From contig CALVHK010000001.1 of NCBI GenBank assembly GCA_944327405.1, positions 1 through 39,617 on the forward strand: 39,617 nucleotides of DNA. Direction: 5' to 3'. Positions 15,646 to 25,948 of this stretch are shown here, piece after piece (the first letter of the stretch is position 1; each line of letters starts with the position of its first letter). This DNA comes from an uncultured Bacilli bacterium. GTDB lineage: Bacteria > Bacillota_I > Bacilli_A > RF39 > UBA660. Made by a program: the position numbers and the translations under genes. The notes under the pieces were generated by a model that saw only the letters and a list, made by a program, of their open reading frames with translations, was not told the DNA's origin and searched no databases.

Positions 15646-18600
15646 TTATTCAGCTCTAGTATAGGCTTTATAATCTCCAGATGTTGTTGCTTCCCAAGTT
15701 GCACCATCATTAAATACATAGTCATTACCTACAGTATAATAATTAACTTCGACTTTACCACCTATCGTATTACCATTTGCAATTGTAACAGTTGCAGGTG
15801 CAGGGTATGATATATTATTTGCTTTGTATTCAATTGTAATAGCGTAACCCCATCCTGCTATAGGAACAATAGAGTTGCTAACTGTAATATTTGAACTAGC
15901 AACAGAGATTGATTTTCCACTAGCATTGCTTATTTCAACTCCATCTATTGTAGCATTAGTTACACCATGAATATTAATTCCACTTTTTCCACCTACTACT
16001 TTAATATTACTTACTTTATAATCATTAATACTTCCATAAGTATTTCCTGATACCTTTAGGGCATCTAGTGCTTTCTCATTTGTAGAATTATCCATATTAA
16101 TTGTTAAATTGCTAATAGAGCCATTGGCTTTAACATATACACCAGCTTGACCTGAAATAGGATCACTATTAACATTTAGAATTGTATTTTCTGATGTACC
16201 TTTTAAATTAATTTCATTATTAACTTCTAAATGACCTAATTCATAAGTACCATCATCTAATATTAAAGTTGTTCCTGCTGGTAATGAAGCAATCATTTCA
16301 GACATCTCACTTGTCATAGCAGATGATGCAGTAACAGTAAAGTTTGTTGCTTCTACTTTTGCATTATTAGGATTCCAGAAAGCCCAAAGTGCTAATTCAT
16401 CTCTACTTCCTGCAAAGTCTGCAGTTACATTATTTAATACTAATGTGCTTTCAGAATTAGCTCCTGATAATGATATTCTGCCCTTATTTAATTCTACATT
16501 ATTTAAGGTAGTAGTAGTTCCTGCTACACTTACGTATATAGTTCCGCCAAAATCATTTTCAGCAGTTGTGTTAGGGTTTACAATAATATCTGTTAATACG
16601 GCATCTTTTCCTAGAATTTCTACAACTTTATTAGGATTATCCTTTCCTTGTTGAGCTACTAAAGTAACATTAGATATTTCTACATTGTCACCCCAGATAG
16701 TTACAAAGTTTTGAGTTGGTAAATTTCCATTATCTACTGAAACACCAGCTTTAAGAGTTACATCTCCTTTACCAACAATTCTAAGGTTATCAGCTGTAAT
16801 TGGTAGGAACCAACCAGTTTGACCGCCAGCTCCTTCTTCATTAATTGCTAATGTTCCTTGTGGTAAAAGATATGTTCCTTCATTTATAATCCAATATTGA
16901 TTATCAGCTTGATTATTGATAGCTGCAGTCAATTCTTCAATGTTGTTAATTTCAATTATATTTGAAATTGTTCTGTCAAGTGTAAACTTAATAGTTGAAG
17001 TATTACCAGCAATGTCTGTTGCAGTTACTTCATAATTTCCATCAGCTAAATAGTCTATTCCAAACCAATATGAAGTAGCATTTTGTTCTGTTCTTACATT
17101 CTCGCCATTTAATTTAACAACTAAGTCAAATATATTAGCATCTGATCCATGAACTTGTGGATTTTGTGTGTTAGAAATGCCATCTACAATTGTGTCTACA
17201 TAGATTTCTGGAGCTGTTTTATCTAAAATAACGTAGTAATTACCATCTCCAGTAGATGTAGTTTCTTCGGCAACATTTCCAGCAGCATCGGCAACATTTT
17301 TAATAGTAATTTCTACTTTTTCATTATCTGCTAGCACCATGTCTTCTGTTAATGTAACATAAACTACATATTTATTGTATTGTGGTTCTAATACTGGAAC
17401 AGTAAATGTTTCTCCACCAATTGTAATTGTTGGATCTTCAACTAATAATTCTGTTGTATTAATTACAATAGCAATTTTATCTCCTATTTTAGCATAATTC
17501 TTGTTACCATTAACATTATAATAATTTTCAATTCTTACTTCTCTGATTCCAGGTCTAGTTTTATCAGCGACTACTTTATCTGTTGTATCATCATTTGTGA
17601 TAGTAGTCTCTAATTTATTTCCAGCCTTATCAATAACATTTGTAACTTCAAAAGTTATTTCACCTTCTGTTACATCTTCTGGTACTACATATTCAAATAC
17701 ATATTTTTCCCAGTCTTGATCCCGGTTATCACCGTTTTCATATTGAACGCGATTTGCTGTTTCTCCATTAATAGTTACAGTTGGATCTTGAGCTAATCTT
17801 TCATCAAATGTTAAATATAGCCATACTCTATTTCCAACTTTAGCATATTCAGCATTGCCATCAATATTTTTAAATACTATAGCAGTATTTACAGGAGCAA
17901 TAGTATCAAGTACTACTCCATCATATAATGAATGGTTAATTTCACTTTGTGATACTCCTGTACCTTCATTACCTGCTGCATCTGCGTAACCACTAATTGT
18001 AAATGGTATTTCTCCATCAGATAAATCCATATCTTTTGTAATTGTTACATCAGCCCAGTAATAGTAATCTTCCCATGCAGTATCAAGATGCATTTTCTTA
18101 CTTACTCCACCTATTGTTACTGTAGGTGCTGTAAATAATTCTTCATCAAAACGAACCATTACTCTTAATGTATCACCAATATTAGCTACACCAAGTTCTT
18201 CTTCAGCATCATTATCATCATTTTCAATGTAATGAGTAATATTTGTAATACCGATTTCTTGGGCAACTGGTGCTTCATTATCATAAACTACTTCACCATA
18301 AGTACCATTATCAGTAATACCTTCATTTGTTACTGTAGTCTCATTTTTAGCTTCATCAATAATGTTAGTGATACTAATTGGAATTGCTGAATCATTAGTT
18401 AAACCAAATGCTTCACCATCAATAGTGATTCTAGCATCACATTTGTAGTATTTTCTTTCTGTTTCCCATTCAGTCCATGCACAAGACATGTTTACAGCTT
18501 CAGCCTCACCAACAGTAATTGCTGGAGTACTATCAAAATCTTCAGTAAATACTAATTCAATATACAAGTCTTGACCATCACCAATTACTTTGTAATGTTT

Positions 18601-19509
18601 ATCAGCAAGATCAGTACCATGATATGTAGCATTTAGAGTATATAGCCATTCTACTTCGATAGCTTCTGTATCATAAGTAAATGATAATTCACTTCTATTG
18701 TTTAATGAATCTGTAGCGATAATAGTATTTGTGCCTTGTACTAAATGATTCGTAATTTGATCTAAATCAATCGCCGTACCATTTAATAAAACTGTAACTT
18801 CATTAACATCATCTACGGTAATAGTACCAACATTATTAGTAATAGTGCCATCCTCAATTCCGCTAATTACTGGAGCAGTCTTATCAATACCAAATTCAAC
18901 TACTGTTTTATTTTCAGATTCATCAACCACTGTTAAAACATAGTTCCCATCACTAGATAGGGTCATACCAGCTTCAAAAGTTAGTGTTTCTCCATCTTTT
19001 TCAATAGTTACTGTTAAGTTGTCTTCAGCTAATGTTAATACTACAACAGTATTAATGTAACCAATTGAATTCTCAGGTCCTTCTCCTTGATATGTTTTAT
19101 CAAGAATTGTTACTACAGGTGCAGTTGTATCTGCTGGCTCTGATGGCTCATCTTCTGGTGTATCTTCTCCACTATCTTCACTTGGATTTGATGGAGTATC
19201 ATCACCACCAATTACAACATCTGTTGAATCTTCCTCATCATCGTTTTGAGCTACATTATTATTTGAACCGTTTCCGTTAGAATTATTTCTATCGTCATCG
19301 GTTGGTGTGTTTCCTTCTTCACCTTCTTCCCCACTACCATTCGTATTCTCGCCGTCTTGACTTCCATTGTTTTCTTCGACATCACTTGGATTATTATTGT
19401 CATTACCATTCTCGTCTAGACGTTCACTTGGATTAGCGAATACGAAAGTACCTAATCCGATTAAAAGAATAATAACGACAGCTAATATGATGCCCTTTCT
19501 TTTATCCAT
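15646..19509 (-). CDS. large cell-surface protein: N-terminal membrane anchor, acidic/Asn-rich linker, repeated Ig-like modules, C-terminal parallel beta-helix-like region
   Basis: The start is set at 'MDKRKGIILAVVIILLIG' (GGGAGG RBS 6 nt upstream), because a promoter lies inside the longer ORF-track version. 'DKTAPV' and 'LDTIAPV' boundaries recur. The C-terminal part is rich in short N/G/V/T repeats typical of beta-helix proteins. Confidence 0.8.
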   Translation of the reverse strand: MDKRKGIILAVVIILLIGLGTFVFANPSERLDENGNDNNNPSDVEENNGSQDGENTNGSGEEGEEGNTPTDDDRNNSNGNGSNNNVAQNDDEEDSTDVVIGGDDTPSNPSEDSGEDTPEDEPSEPADTTAPVVTILDKTYQGEGPENSIGYINTVVVLTLAEDNLTVTIEKDGETLTFEAGMTLSSDGNYVLTVVDESENKTVVEFGIDKTAPVISGIEDGTITNNVGTITVDDVNEVTVLLNGTAIDLDQITNHLVQGTNTIIATDSLNNRSELSFTYDTEAIEVEWLYTLNATYHGTDLADKHYKVIGDGQDLYIELVFTEDFDSTPAITVGEAEAVNMSCAWTEWETERKYYKCDARITIDGEAFGLTNDSAIPISITNIIDEAKNETTVTNEGITDNGTYGEVVYDNEAPVAQEIGITNITHYIENDDNDAEEELGVANIGDTLRVMVRFDEELFTAPTVTIGGVSKKMHLDTAWEDYYYWADVTITKDMDLSDGEIPFTISGYADAAGNEGTGVSQSEINHSLYDGVVLDTIAPVNTAIVFKNIDGNAEYAKVGNRVWLYLTFDERLAQDPTVTINGETANRVQYENGDNRDQDWEKYVFEYVVPEDVTEGEITFEVTNVIDKAGNKLETTITNDDTTDKVVADKTRPGIREVRIENYYNVNGNKNYAKIGDKIAIVINTTELLVEDPTITIGGETFTVPVLEPQYNKYVVYVTLTEDMVLADNEKVEITIKNVADAAGNVAEETTSTGDGNYYVILDKTAPEIYVDTIVDGISNTQNPQVHGSDANIFDLVVKLNGENVRTEQNATSYWFGIDYLADGNYEVTATDIAGNTSTIKFTLDRTISNIIEINNIEELTAAINNQADNQYWIINEGTYLLPQGTLAINEEGAGGQTGWFLPITADNLRIVGKGDVTLKAGVSVDNGNLPTQNFVTIWGDNVEISNVTLVAQQGKDNPNKVVEILGKDAVLTDIIVNPNTTAENDFGGTIYVSVAGTTTTLNNVELNKGRISLSGANSESTLVLNNVTADFAGSRDELALWAFWNPNNAKVEATNFTVTASSAMTSEMSEMIASLPAGTTLILDDGTYELGHLEVNNEINLKGTSENTILNVNSDPISGQAGVYVKANGSISNLTINMDNSTNEKALDALKVSGNTYGSINDYKVSNIKVVGGKSGINIHGVTNATIDGVEISNASGKSISVASSNITVSNSIVPIAGWGYAITIEYKANNISYPAPATVTIANGNTIGGKVEVNYYTVGNDYVFNDGATWEATTSGDYKAYTRAE

Positions 19510-19534
19510 GAAAAACCTCCCGTCCTTCGACACT

Positions 19535-19562
19535 ATTATACCATTTTTACAACTAAAATCAA
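19535..19562 (-). promoter_or_regulatory. promoter of the surface-protein gene
   Basis: Minus strand has TTGATT (19562-19557), a 16-nt spacer and TGgTATAAT (19543-19535). Confidence 0.5.
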
Positions 19563-19616
19563 CTTTTCTATACATAAAATATGTATAATTCGTGAAATTT
19601 TGACAAATTTTGCAAG

Positions 19617-19645
19617 AAAAAATAAACTAGAAAGCTGCTAGTTTA
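19617..19645 (-). terminator. rho-independent terminator after lepB
   Basis: Minus strand TAAACTAG-cagcttt-CTAGTTTA followed by TTTTTT. The hairpin includes the last codons of lepB. Confidence 0.6.
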
Positions 19646-20154
19646 TTTAAAGGCCATATTCTAAATGATACTTTTCCGATGATTTCATCTTTGCTTATCA
19701 ATCCTATCTCCCTACTATCTAAGGAATCTTCTCGGTTATCTCCTAAAACCAAATACATATCTTCCGGAATCCGGTTAAAGCCCAGGCTACTTAATTCAAA
19801 GTCATCATAAACCAGACCTTCATCTAAATAGTTTTCAATATATATTTCTCCATTAATATAAAGAGTGTTGTCTTTAATAGAAACTGTATCTCCAGGCATA
19901 CCAATTACCCGTTTTATCAAGTATTTGGTGTCAGCGTATTCCAAAGAGATGATGTCACCTCTTTCTACATCCATAAAGCGATACTTGAATTTATTTAGAA
20001 TTAAGACATCGCCACTTTCTAGAGTACTTGACATCGAACTTCCTACTACTTGTGTAACAGATACTACATAAATCATTAAAAATAAAATTACGATGATAAC
20101 AACGATTAATTTCACAAAATCAATAATAAACTCACGGATACTTAACCAGTCCAT
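19627..20154 (-). CDS. lepB: signal peptidase I
   Basis: 'GSSMSSTL' carries the catalytic Ser, 'KRVIGMPGD' carries the Lys, and the 'GDNREDSLDSR' box is present. Confidence 0.9.
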   Translation of the reverse strand: MDWLSIREFIIDFVKLIVVIIVILFLMIYVVSVTQVVGSSMSSTLESGDVLILNKFKYRFMDVERGDIISLEYADTKYLIKRVIGMPGDTVSIKDNTLYINGEIYIENYLDEGLVYDDFELSSLGFNRIPEDMYLVLGDNREDSLDSREIGLISKDEIIGKVSFRIWPLNKLAAF

Positions 20155-20163
20155 AATCCACCT

Positions 20164-21165
20164 CTATTTAAATAATTTTTCGCAGCAATTTTTAAATTTC
20201 TTGCCACTGCCACATATACATGACTCATTTTTATTTGGTAATATAATGTTTTCTTTTAAAGTATGCAAATTGTTCCCATTATAGATCCAGGCAGGTAACA
20301 GAGGAATTACTTTTAAGGTTTCATTAAATAATTCTTTGATTCCGTCACATATTTGTAATAATAAATTTTCACTATTAATGTCAAATCCAGCATAAAAAAT
20401 TAAATCATTTAAAAATAGATCTATGCTTTCGGGATTTAGATGTATTTCTAGAAAGTTTAGAAATTGAAATAGTTCTTCTTGAAATAAGTTTATCTTATAT
20501 TTACCAATACTAATTACACTTTCTAAAGTGTACTCTTTTTGCTTGAAATTTTTATGTAACTCTAACACGTCTTTATAATATGGAGACTCTAAAGATGTAA
20601 TATATTCCTTTTTCTTATAACGAATTATTTTTAATTTATTATTTAGTTTAGGATTGTTTTCTATATAGTCTTTTAAATTGGGTATTTCATAATTGATATA
20701 ATAGTTCTTTAACGTTTCAATAAAAATGCTTGTCTCTAAACAATTATAAATTCTACTTAAACCAAGAATTACACTATCGGTGACATCTGTTATAGAAAAC
20801 GTTTTTTCATCTAGTAAGTTTAAAGCCATTTTAATGTAATTTAAAAGATCATCCGGTATAGAATATTCGTTATTTTCTAGAACAATTAAATAGTTATCTT
20901 TTAAATCTTGAAATAATAGGTAATCAATATAACCATTTTCTTGTTTCTTGATACTACCATCTAGTAATTTGCGTAATATATTTATTTCTTCAATCGTACA
21001 AAGTCTCGTAATAATCTCGGGATCACGCTTATAAAGAGAAATGATATTGTGATAAATATCATTTCTAGTTATTTTATCATAAGGCTCTCTTTTTTTATTG
21101 ATTCTTTGATAGAAGGCATAAACTTGTTCTTTCTTTTCATTCAAAATACGACTTTTAAAACTCAT
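20164..21165 (-). CDS. hypothetical protein with a C-terminal SEC-C metal-binding motif
   Basis: 333 aa ending in 'CICGSGKKFKNCC'. Its start overlaps the ezrA stop (ATGA), and its stop is 9 nt before lepB. Confidence 0.6.
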   Translation of the reverse strand: MSFKSRILNEKKEQVYAFYQRINKKREPYDKITRNDIYHNIISLYKRDPEIITRLCTIEEINILRKLLDGSIKKQENGYIDYLLFQDLKDNYLIVLENNEYSIPDDLLNYIKMALNLLDEKTFSITDVTDSVILGLSRIYNCLETSIFIETLKNYYINYEIPNLKDYIENNPKLNNKLKIIRYKKKEYITSLESPYYKDVLELHKNFKQKEYTLESVISIGKYKINLFQEELFQFLNFLEIHLNPESIDLFLNDLIFYAGFDINSENLLLQICDGIKELFNETLKVIPLLPAWIYNGNNLHTLKENIILPNKNESCICGSGKKFKNCCEKLFK

Positions 21166-22880
21166 GATTGATACTCCTCTAAAAGTTTCTTGTGAATTCC
21201 TGGTTCAACAATGTTAATTGCGTTGATTGCTTGTTCCAAACTTGTTTTAAAGTTACCTTTGTAAAAAGCATTTTCAGCTTTGATAAGCCCCAGTTCAACA
21301 TCTTTATGCATGACTCTATATCTGTTACCATATACAATAGCAGCTTCCGCCATTTTAGCAGTTTTAACCGCTTCTTTGGTTGTATTATAAACCTTTAGGG
21401 TTAAGTCTCTAGCTGTATCAACGCGCGTGTTTAAAGTTTTAATTGAAATTGGTCTTTTATCTAATTCGCGTACCATTTCATTAATTGCTTCAGCAGCTTC
21501 TCCAAGTTCGACATAGAAGTTTTTAGGTGTTACTGGTAATTTGTAAGAATGCATATTGCTTTTAGCTTGATTTAATATACGTTTAATTTCATCTAGCTGT
21601 TCTCTTGCTCTTTTTTCATCTTCTTTTAGACTGCCTAAACTTCTTAGAGTTTGTTCCAATTTTTCTTCTGTTTTTAATAGCTTGGCATTTAATATTTCCA
21701 TTTCCTTAGAAAGACGAGAAAAAGCAAAAACGTGACGTCTATGCATATCAATGATGCGGTCATAATCACTCTTGATTTCGGCAATTTCTTTTGATATTTC
21801 GACTAGAACTGATAAGTCTTCATCATTTAAATCATAGCTGTATTTTAAATCGTCTATCTTTTTATTTAAATCATTGCTGATTTTTTCTAATTTCGTTGCT
21901 TTTATCAAAATGCTTCTTTGATAATCTTCAAATATTCTTTTAGATAAACGTTCTTTGTCAAAATTATGATACAAAGAATCAAAATAATCTAATATTGTTT
22001 TGAGTTCAAAAACACTATCTTCTAAATTAAGTACATTAAGACGGCCAAAAACATCATTAATTTTTTTGGTTGATTCTGTAATATTATATTCTATATTTAA
22101 ATAATCTAGGTTGTAGCCTTCATTTTCCATTTTGGCAGAAATTTTTTTGATGTCTTCGATTTTATCTGGAATAAGTCTTTTTCCCATGATAATAATCGAT
22201 GGAGCTTCTTCTACTACTACTTTTAAATTTCCTACAGTGTCATCGATTGCTTTCACAATTTTACCAACTTCAGTATATTCATTTTTTTCCATTGCAACTT
22301 CAAAGGCACTAAATAGTTTGTCAACGTTTTCAAATTGTAACTCAATCGGTGTTTCAATCTCACTGTACTCCATTTTATTGTTGTGATATTTTGTTAAAAT
22401 AGATCGATATTCACTTTTTAGTTTCGTAATCGTTTCTCGGTTTTTTTCCTCACTTAATGTAATTTCTTTGATTTCGTCAAGCAAAAAGTTAGATTTTGTT
22501 TTGACGTAAGCTATTTGGAGTTCTAGCGCGGCAATTTTTGGTTTCAATGATTTATAATCTTTATCTTCAAAAGCGTTTTCTATTTCAATTAAAGCATCGG
22601 TAATTTTGGGAATTTCTTCTTCTTTGATTTCTTTTAACCGAGCTTGCCAATTGTCATATTTTTTTTGCATCACATCATTGTTAATTAAAGCTCCTACTTT
22701 GTTTAACTCGGAAAGAATAGATGCTCCAACAATTAAGTTTTTGTCTCGCTCTAAACTGGCAATCTCTTCTTTATATTTGTTTTTTTCTTTTTTATTAATT
22801 AAATTTAAGACAACTATAATTAATATTACCGTAAAGATATAATAAAGAATACCAATAAAAATAAAAGTAGTTCTTGACAT
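21162..22880 (-). CDS. ezrA: septation ring formation regulator EzrA
   Basis: 572 aa with a single N-terminal TM helix followed by an all coiled-coil, spectrin-like sequence. The size and topology are typical of EzrA. Confidence 0.8.
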   Translation of the reverse strand: MSRTTFIFIGILYYIFTVILIIVVLNLINKKEKNKYKEEIASLERDKNLIVGASILSELNKVGALINNDVMQKKYDNWQARLKEIKEEEIPKITDALIEIENAFEDKDYKSLKPKIAALELQIAYVKTKSNFLLDEIKEITLSEEKNRETITKLKSEYRSILTKYHNNKMEYSEIETPIELQFENVDKLFSAFEVAMEKNEYTEVGKIVKAIDDTVGNLKVVVEEAPSIIIMGKRLIPDKIEDIKKISAKMENEGYNLDYLNIEYNITESTKKINDVFGRLNVLNLEDSVFELKTILDYFDSLYHNFDKERLSKRIFEDYQRSILIKATKLEKISNDLNKKIDDLKYSYDLNDEDLSVLVEISKEIAEIKSDYDRIIDMHRRHVFAFSRLSKEMEILNAKLLKTEEKLEQTLRSLGSLKEDEKRAREQLDEIKRILNQAKSNMHSYKLPVTPKNFYVELGEAAEAINEMVRELDKRPISIKTLNTRVDTARDLTLKVYNTTKEAVKTAKMAEAAIVYGNRYRVMHKDVELGLIKAENAFYKGNFKTSLEQAINAINIVEPGIHKKLLEEYQS

Positions 22881-22964
22881 ACCATTTCACTTCCTATCAT
22901 AATTGTATCACAATGTGGGGTTATTTGTCGAGATACAGTCGCACAAAAAATGAATATTTCACAC

Positions 22965-22992
22965 AAAAAGAAAAGCTGCTCTGTAAGCAACT
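22965..22992 (-). terminator. terminator after dnaJ
   Basis: Minus strand AGUUGCU-UACAG-AGCAGCU (one G.U pair) followed by UUUCUUUUUG. Confidence 0.55.
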
Positions 22993-24131
22993 TATAAATA
23001 TTTTTTGAATTCCTTAAATTCTTCCGCATCATCTAGGTTTGTTTTGGATAATTCTTTAATTAAACGCTTCCCTTCCATTGACAATTTACTTGGCATAACA
23101 ACTTTATAAACAACATACATATTTCCTTTACCAAAAGCATTGATTTTCTTAACCCCTTTGCCTTTTAATTTTACTTTATCTCCACTATTGGTTCCTGGTT
23201 TAACCTCTAATATTACATTGCCAGATAAAGTTGGTATTTCTTTTTTACAACCTAAAATTGCCTCTGTAATGGTTAAAGGAACAGTTAGATAAATATCTTC
23301 ATCTTCTCTTTCAAATAATGGATGTGGTTTTACTTTAAACTCGATGTAAATATCACCATTTGGGCCTCCGTTCGTTCCGGCAGAACCTTTACCACTAATC
23401 CTTAGTTGATATCCAGTATCGACTCCTTCGGGAATTGTTACTTCAATTTCTTTTCTTTTCTTAACGTTACCTACACCATTACATTCATTACATACTCTTT
23501 TGAATACATGCCCTGAGCCACCACACTCGTTACAAGTTGTTTGAGTTTGGAAAACCCCAAATAAACTTCTTTGCTCGCTGATGATGCGGCCAGAGCCTCC
23601 ACAAGTGGGACAAGTTTTCTCATCAAAACCACCGGCACCACCACATGAAGAACATTTTTCATTTAAATCAAGAGTAATTGTTTTTTTACAGCCATTGATT
23701 GCTTCTTCAAAATCAAGGTTCACTTGTACTAGGCTATCAGCACCTTTTCTTGGCCTTTTGCTACTACTTCTTGTACTAGTTCTTCCGCCAAAAGAGCCAA
23801 AGCCACTAAATCCACCGAAACCACCACCAAAGATTTCATTAAATATATCACCAAGATCAATATCATCAGCACTAAAGCCACTATAACTTGCATTTCCGTT
23901 ATTGGTGAATGCTTGATGACCGAATTGATCGTATTGACGTCTTTTAGTAGGATCAGATAAAATGGCATAAGCCTCTCCTACTTCCTTAAACTTAGCTTCA
24001 TCTCCCGTTTGTTTGTTATCAGGGTGATATTGTTTGGCAAGACGCCGGAAAGCACGTTTAATTTCTTCGTCCGTAGCTGTTTTACTGACTCCTAAAACCT
24101 CATAATAATCTTTTTTATTCATTTTATTCAC
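22992..24131 (-). CDS. dnaJ: molecular chaperone DnaJ
   Basis: A J domain with 'HPD', a G/F-rich linker and four CxxCxGxG zinc motifs. Confidence 0.96.
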   Translation of the reverse strand: MNKMNKKDYYEVLGVSKTATDEEIKRAFRRLAKQYHPDNKQTGDEAKFKEVGEAYAILSDPTKRRQYDQFGHQAFTNNGNASYSGFSADDIDLGDIFNEIFGGGFGGFSGFGSFGGRTSTRSSSKRPRKGADSLVQVNLDFEEAINGCKKTITLDLNEKCSSCGGAGGFDEKTCPTCGGSGRIISEQRSLFGVFQTQTTCNECGGSGHVFKRVCNECNGVGNVKKRKEIEVTIPEGVDTGYQLRISGKGSAGTNGGPNGDIYIEFKVKPHPLFEREDEDIYLTVPLTITEAILGCKKEIPTLSGNVILEVKPGTNSGDKVKLKGKGVKKINAFGKGNMYVVYKVVMPSKLSMEGKRLIKELSKTNLDDAEEFKEFKKYL

Positions 24132-24133
24132 CT

Positions 24134-25927
24134 CTAGTTCTTATATAATGCTTCTAATTCGTTAACTAAATCTTTGAAATAGGAAAAAGCATCATTGAGT
24201 GGTTCGGGACTATTCATATCTACACCTGCTACACGTAAAGAATCGATTGGATTTTTCGTACAGCCAAGCGTTAAGAATTCCAAATATTTTTCCCGAGCAC
24301 CCGGTTTATTGGCTAATATATCCATGGCAATTTTGATCGCTGCTGCATAAGCAGTGGCATATTGATAAACATAGAAGTTCATGTAGAAATGGGGAATACG
24401 TTCCCATTCGTATTTAACAAGATCATCAACAACAACATTCTTACCCATATATTCTTTATTTAACTCGTAATACGTATTACATAAATATTCATGAGTTAAT
24501 ACTTCCCCACTCGCTTCTGCTTCATGTATCTTGTATTCAAACTCGGCAAACATCGTTTGACGATAGATCGTAGCTTTAAAGTCTTTGATTAAATCATCAA
24601 TTAAATATTTCTTTTCTTCTAAATCACTCGTGTGTTCGATTAGATATTTACTAAGTATTATTTGATTGACTTGACTAGCTACTTCCGCAACAAATATTGA
24701 ATAGCCATAATCTTGATAAGATTGATTTTTGATTGCGTAATAATAATGCATAGCATGACCTAGTTCGTGAGCTAGTGTAGAAACATTATTTAAAGATCCA
24801 TCATAGCTTAACAATACATAAGGATGAACCTCATAACAAGCCGTACAATAAGCCCCGTTTCTCTTACCATCATTCGGACAGAAATCAACCCATCGCTCTT
24901 GGAATGCTTTTTTTAAGTCCGTAATATACTCTTCTCCCAAAACACTTAATGCTTGATAAAGAAGTTCCTCAGCATCACTCTCAGTATATTTCTTGGTTGA
25001 TTCTGCTATCGTTGGGGCATATGTATCATATAAATGAAGAGTGGAAACACCTAAAATTTGTCTTTTTAACTTCCAGTATTTGGATAAAGGATCAACATTC
25101 TTTTTTACCGTTTCAATCAAGTTATCATAAACACTTTCCGGTATTTCATTTCGATAAAGGGATGCCTCCCTAGCACTATTATATCCTCTAATTTTAGCTA
25201 TCCGGTTATTATTTTTAACCTCTCCTGCTAAAAGAGCAGCATAAGTATTTTTAAATTCTCCATATCTAGTAAATAACTTCGTAAAAGCTTGTTTCCTTTC
25301 CCTTCGATAACTTGATTCAATAAATTTACGATAATTTTTTTCATCCAGTCTTTCTTTTTCCCCTTCTCTATTAATAATCGTACCAAAAGTCATATCCGCA
25401 TCCGTTAGATAAGAATAAACATCATCAGGAGTGCTAAAAGCGGGAGATAAAGAAGAAAGAATCTTTTCTTCTTTATCACTTAAGATATATTTTTTCTTCC
25501 GGAATATTTCTTTTAAGGAACGAGCATATTCTTCCAATTTGCTATTTAAAGTGATGTATTCTTCAATTTTTGTATAATCACTTTTTAGTATTTCTGGAAT
25601 AATAAAGGAAGTTTTCATACTATAAGTTTCAAATAGCTTATGGATACGTCCAAACATACTTTGATATTCTACACTCTTTGTATCAGCATCATGATTAATA
25701 TGGGCATAAATATAAAGTCGTTCTAGTTTTTTACTAACTAACGTATCAAAATCTAGAAGTTCATATAATGTATCAGCACTATTTAGTATATGTCCTTCGA
25801 ATTTAGTATACTCTTGTATTTTTTCGGATATTTCTTTATAATCACGTTCAAAATCCTCTATAGATGCATATAAATCGGTTACATTCCACTTCAATTCTTC
25901 ATTATAACTATCTCTTTTCTTTGCCAT
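24134..25927 (-). CDS. pepF: oligoendopeptidase F (M3B metallopeptidase)
   Basis: 597 aa with the 'HELGHAMH' zinc motif. The length and layout match PepF. Confidence 0.9.
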   Translation of the reverse strand: MAKKRDSYNEELKWNVTDLYASIEDFERDYKEISEKIQEYTKFEGHILNSADTLYELLDFDTLVSKKLERLYIYAHINHDADTKSVEYQSMFGRIHKLFETYSMKTSFIIPEILKSDYTKIEEYITLNSKLEEYARSLKEIFRKKKYILSDKEEKILSSLSPAFSTPDDVYSYLTDADMTFGTIINREGEKERLDEKNYRKFIESSYRRERKQAFTKLFTRYGEFKNTYAALLAGEVKNNNRIAKIRGYNSAREASLYRNEIPESVYDNLIETVKKNVDPLSKYWKLKRQILGVSTLHLYDTYAPTIAESTKKYTESDAEELLYQALSVLGEEYITDLKKAFQERWVDFCPNDGKRNGAYCTACYEVHPYVLLSYDGSLNNVSTLAHELGHAMHYYYAIKNQSYQDYGYSIFVAEVASQVNQIILSKYLIEHTSDLEEKKYLIDDLIKDFKATIYRQTMFAEFEYKIHEAEASGEVLTHEYLCNTYYELNKEYMGKNVVVDDLVKYEWERIPHFYMNFYVYQYATAYAAAIKIAMDILANKPGAREKYLEFLTLGCTKNPIDSLRVAGVDMNSPEPLNDAFSYFKDLVNELEALYKN

Positions 25928-25948
25928 AGTATTCCTTTCTCTAAAGAA

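Noticed and set aside
15580-15810. 76-aa plus-strand ORF starting inside the abiE operator palindrome
   Set aside because: It runs antisense into the 3' end of the surface-protein gene. It is Cys- and Ile-rich and has no RBS.
19100-19420. Low-complexity stretch considered as a possible DNA tandem repeat or CRISPR-like array
   Set aside because: It is the coding sequence for the N/D/E/G/S-rich stalk of the surface protein. It has no regular period and no repeat-spacer structure.
19510-19575. 22-codon N-terminal extension of the surface-protein ORF
   Set aside because: The extension contains the promoter (19535-19562), and the strong GGGAGG RBS serves the internal ATG at 19509.
22826-23032. 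68-aa minus-strand ORF spanning the ezrA-dnaJ intergenic region
   Set aside because: It overlaps the dnaJ 3' end, the dnaJ terminator, the ezrA promoter region and the ezrA start. It has no RBS and is most likely spurious.
23471-23968. Two alternative-frame minus-strand ORFs (63 and 79 aa) inside dnaJ
   Set aside because: They are out-of-frame overlaps within a strongly supported gene.
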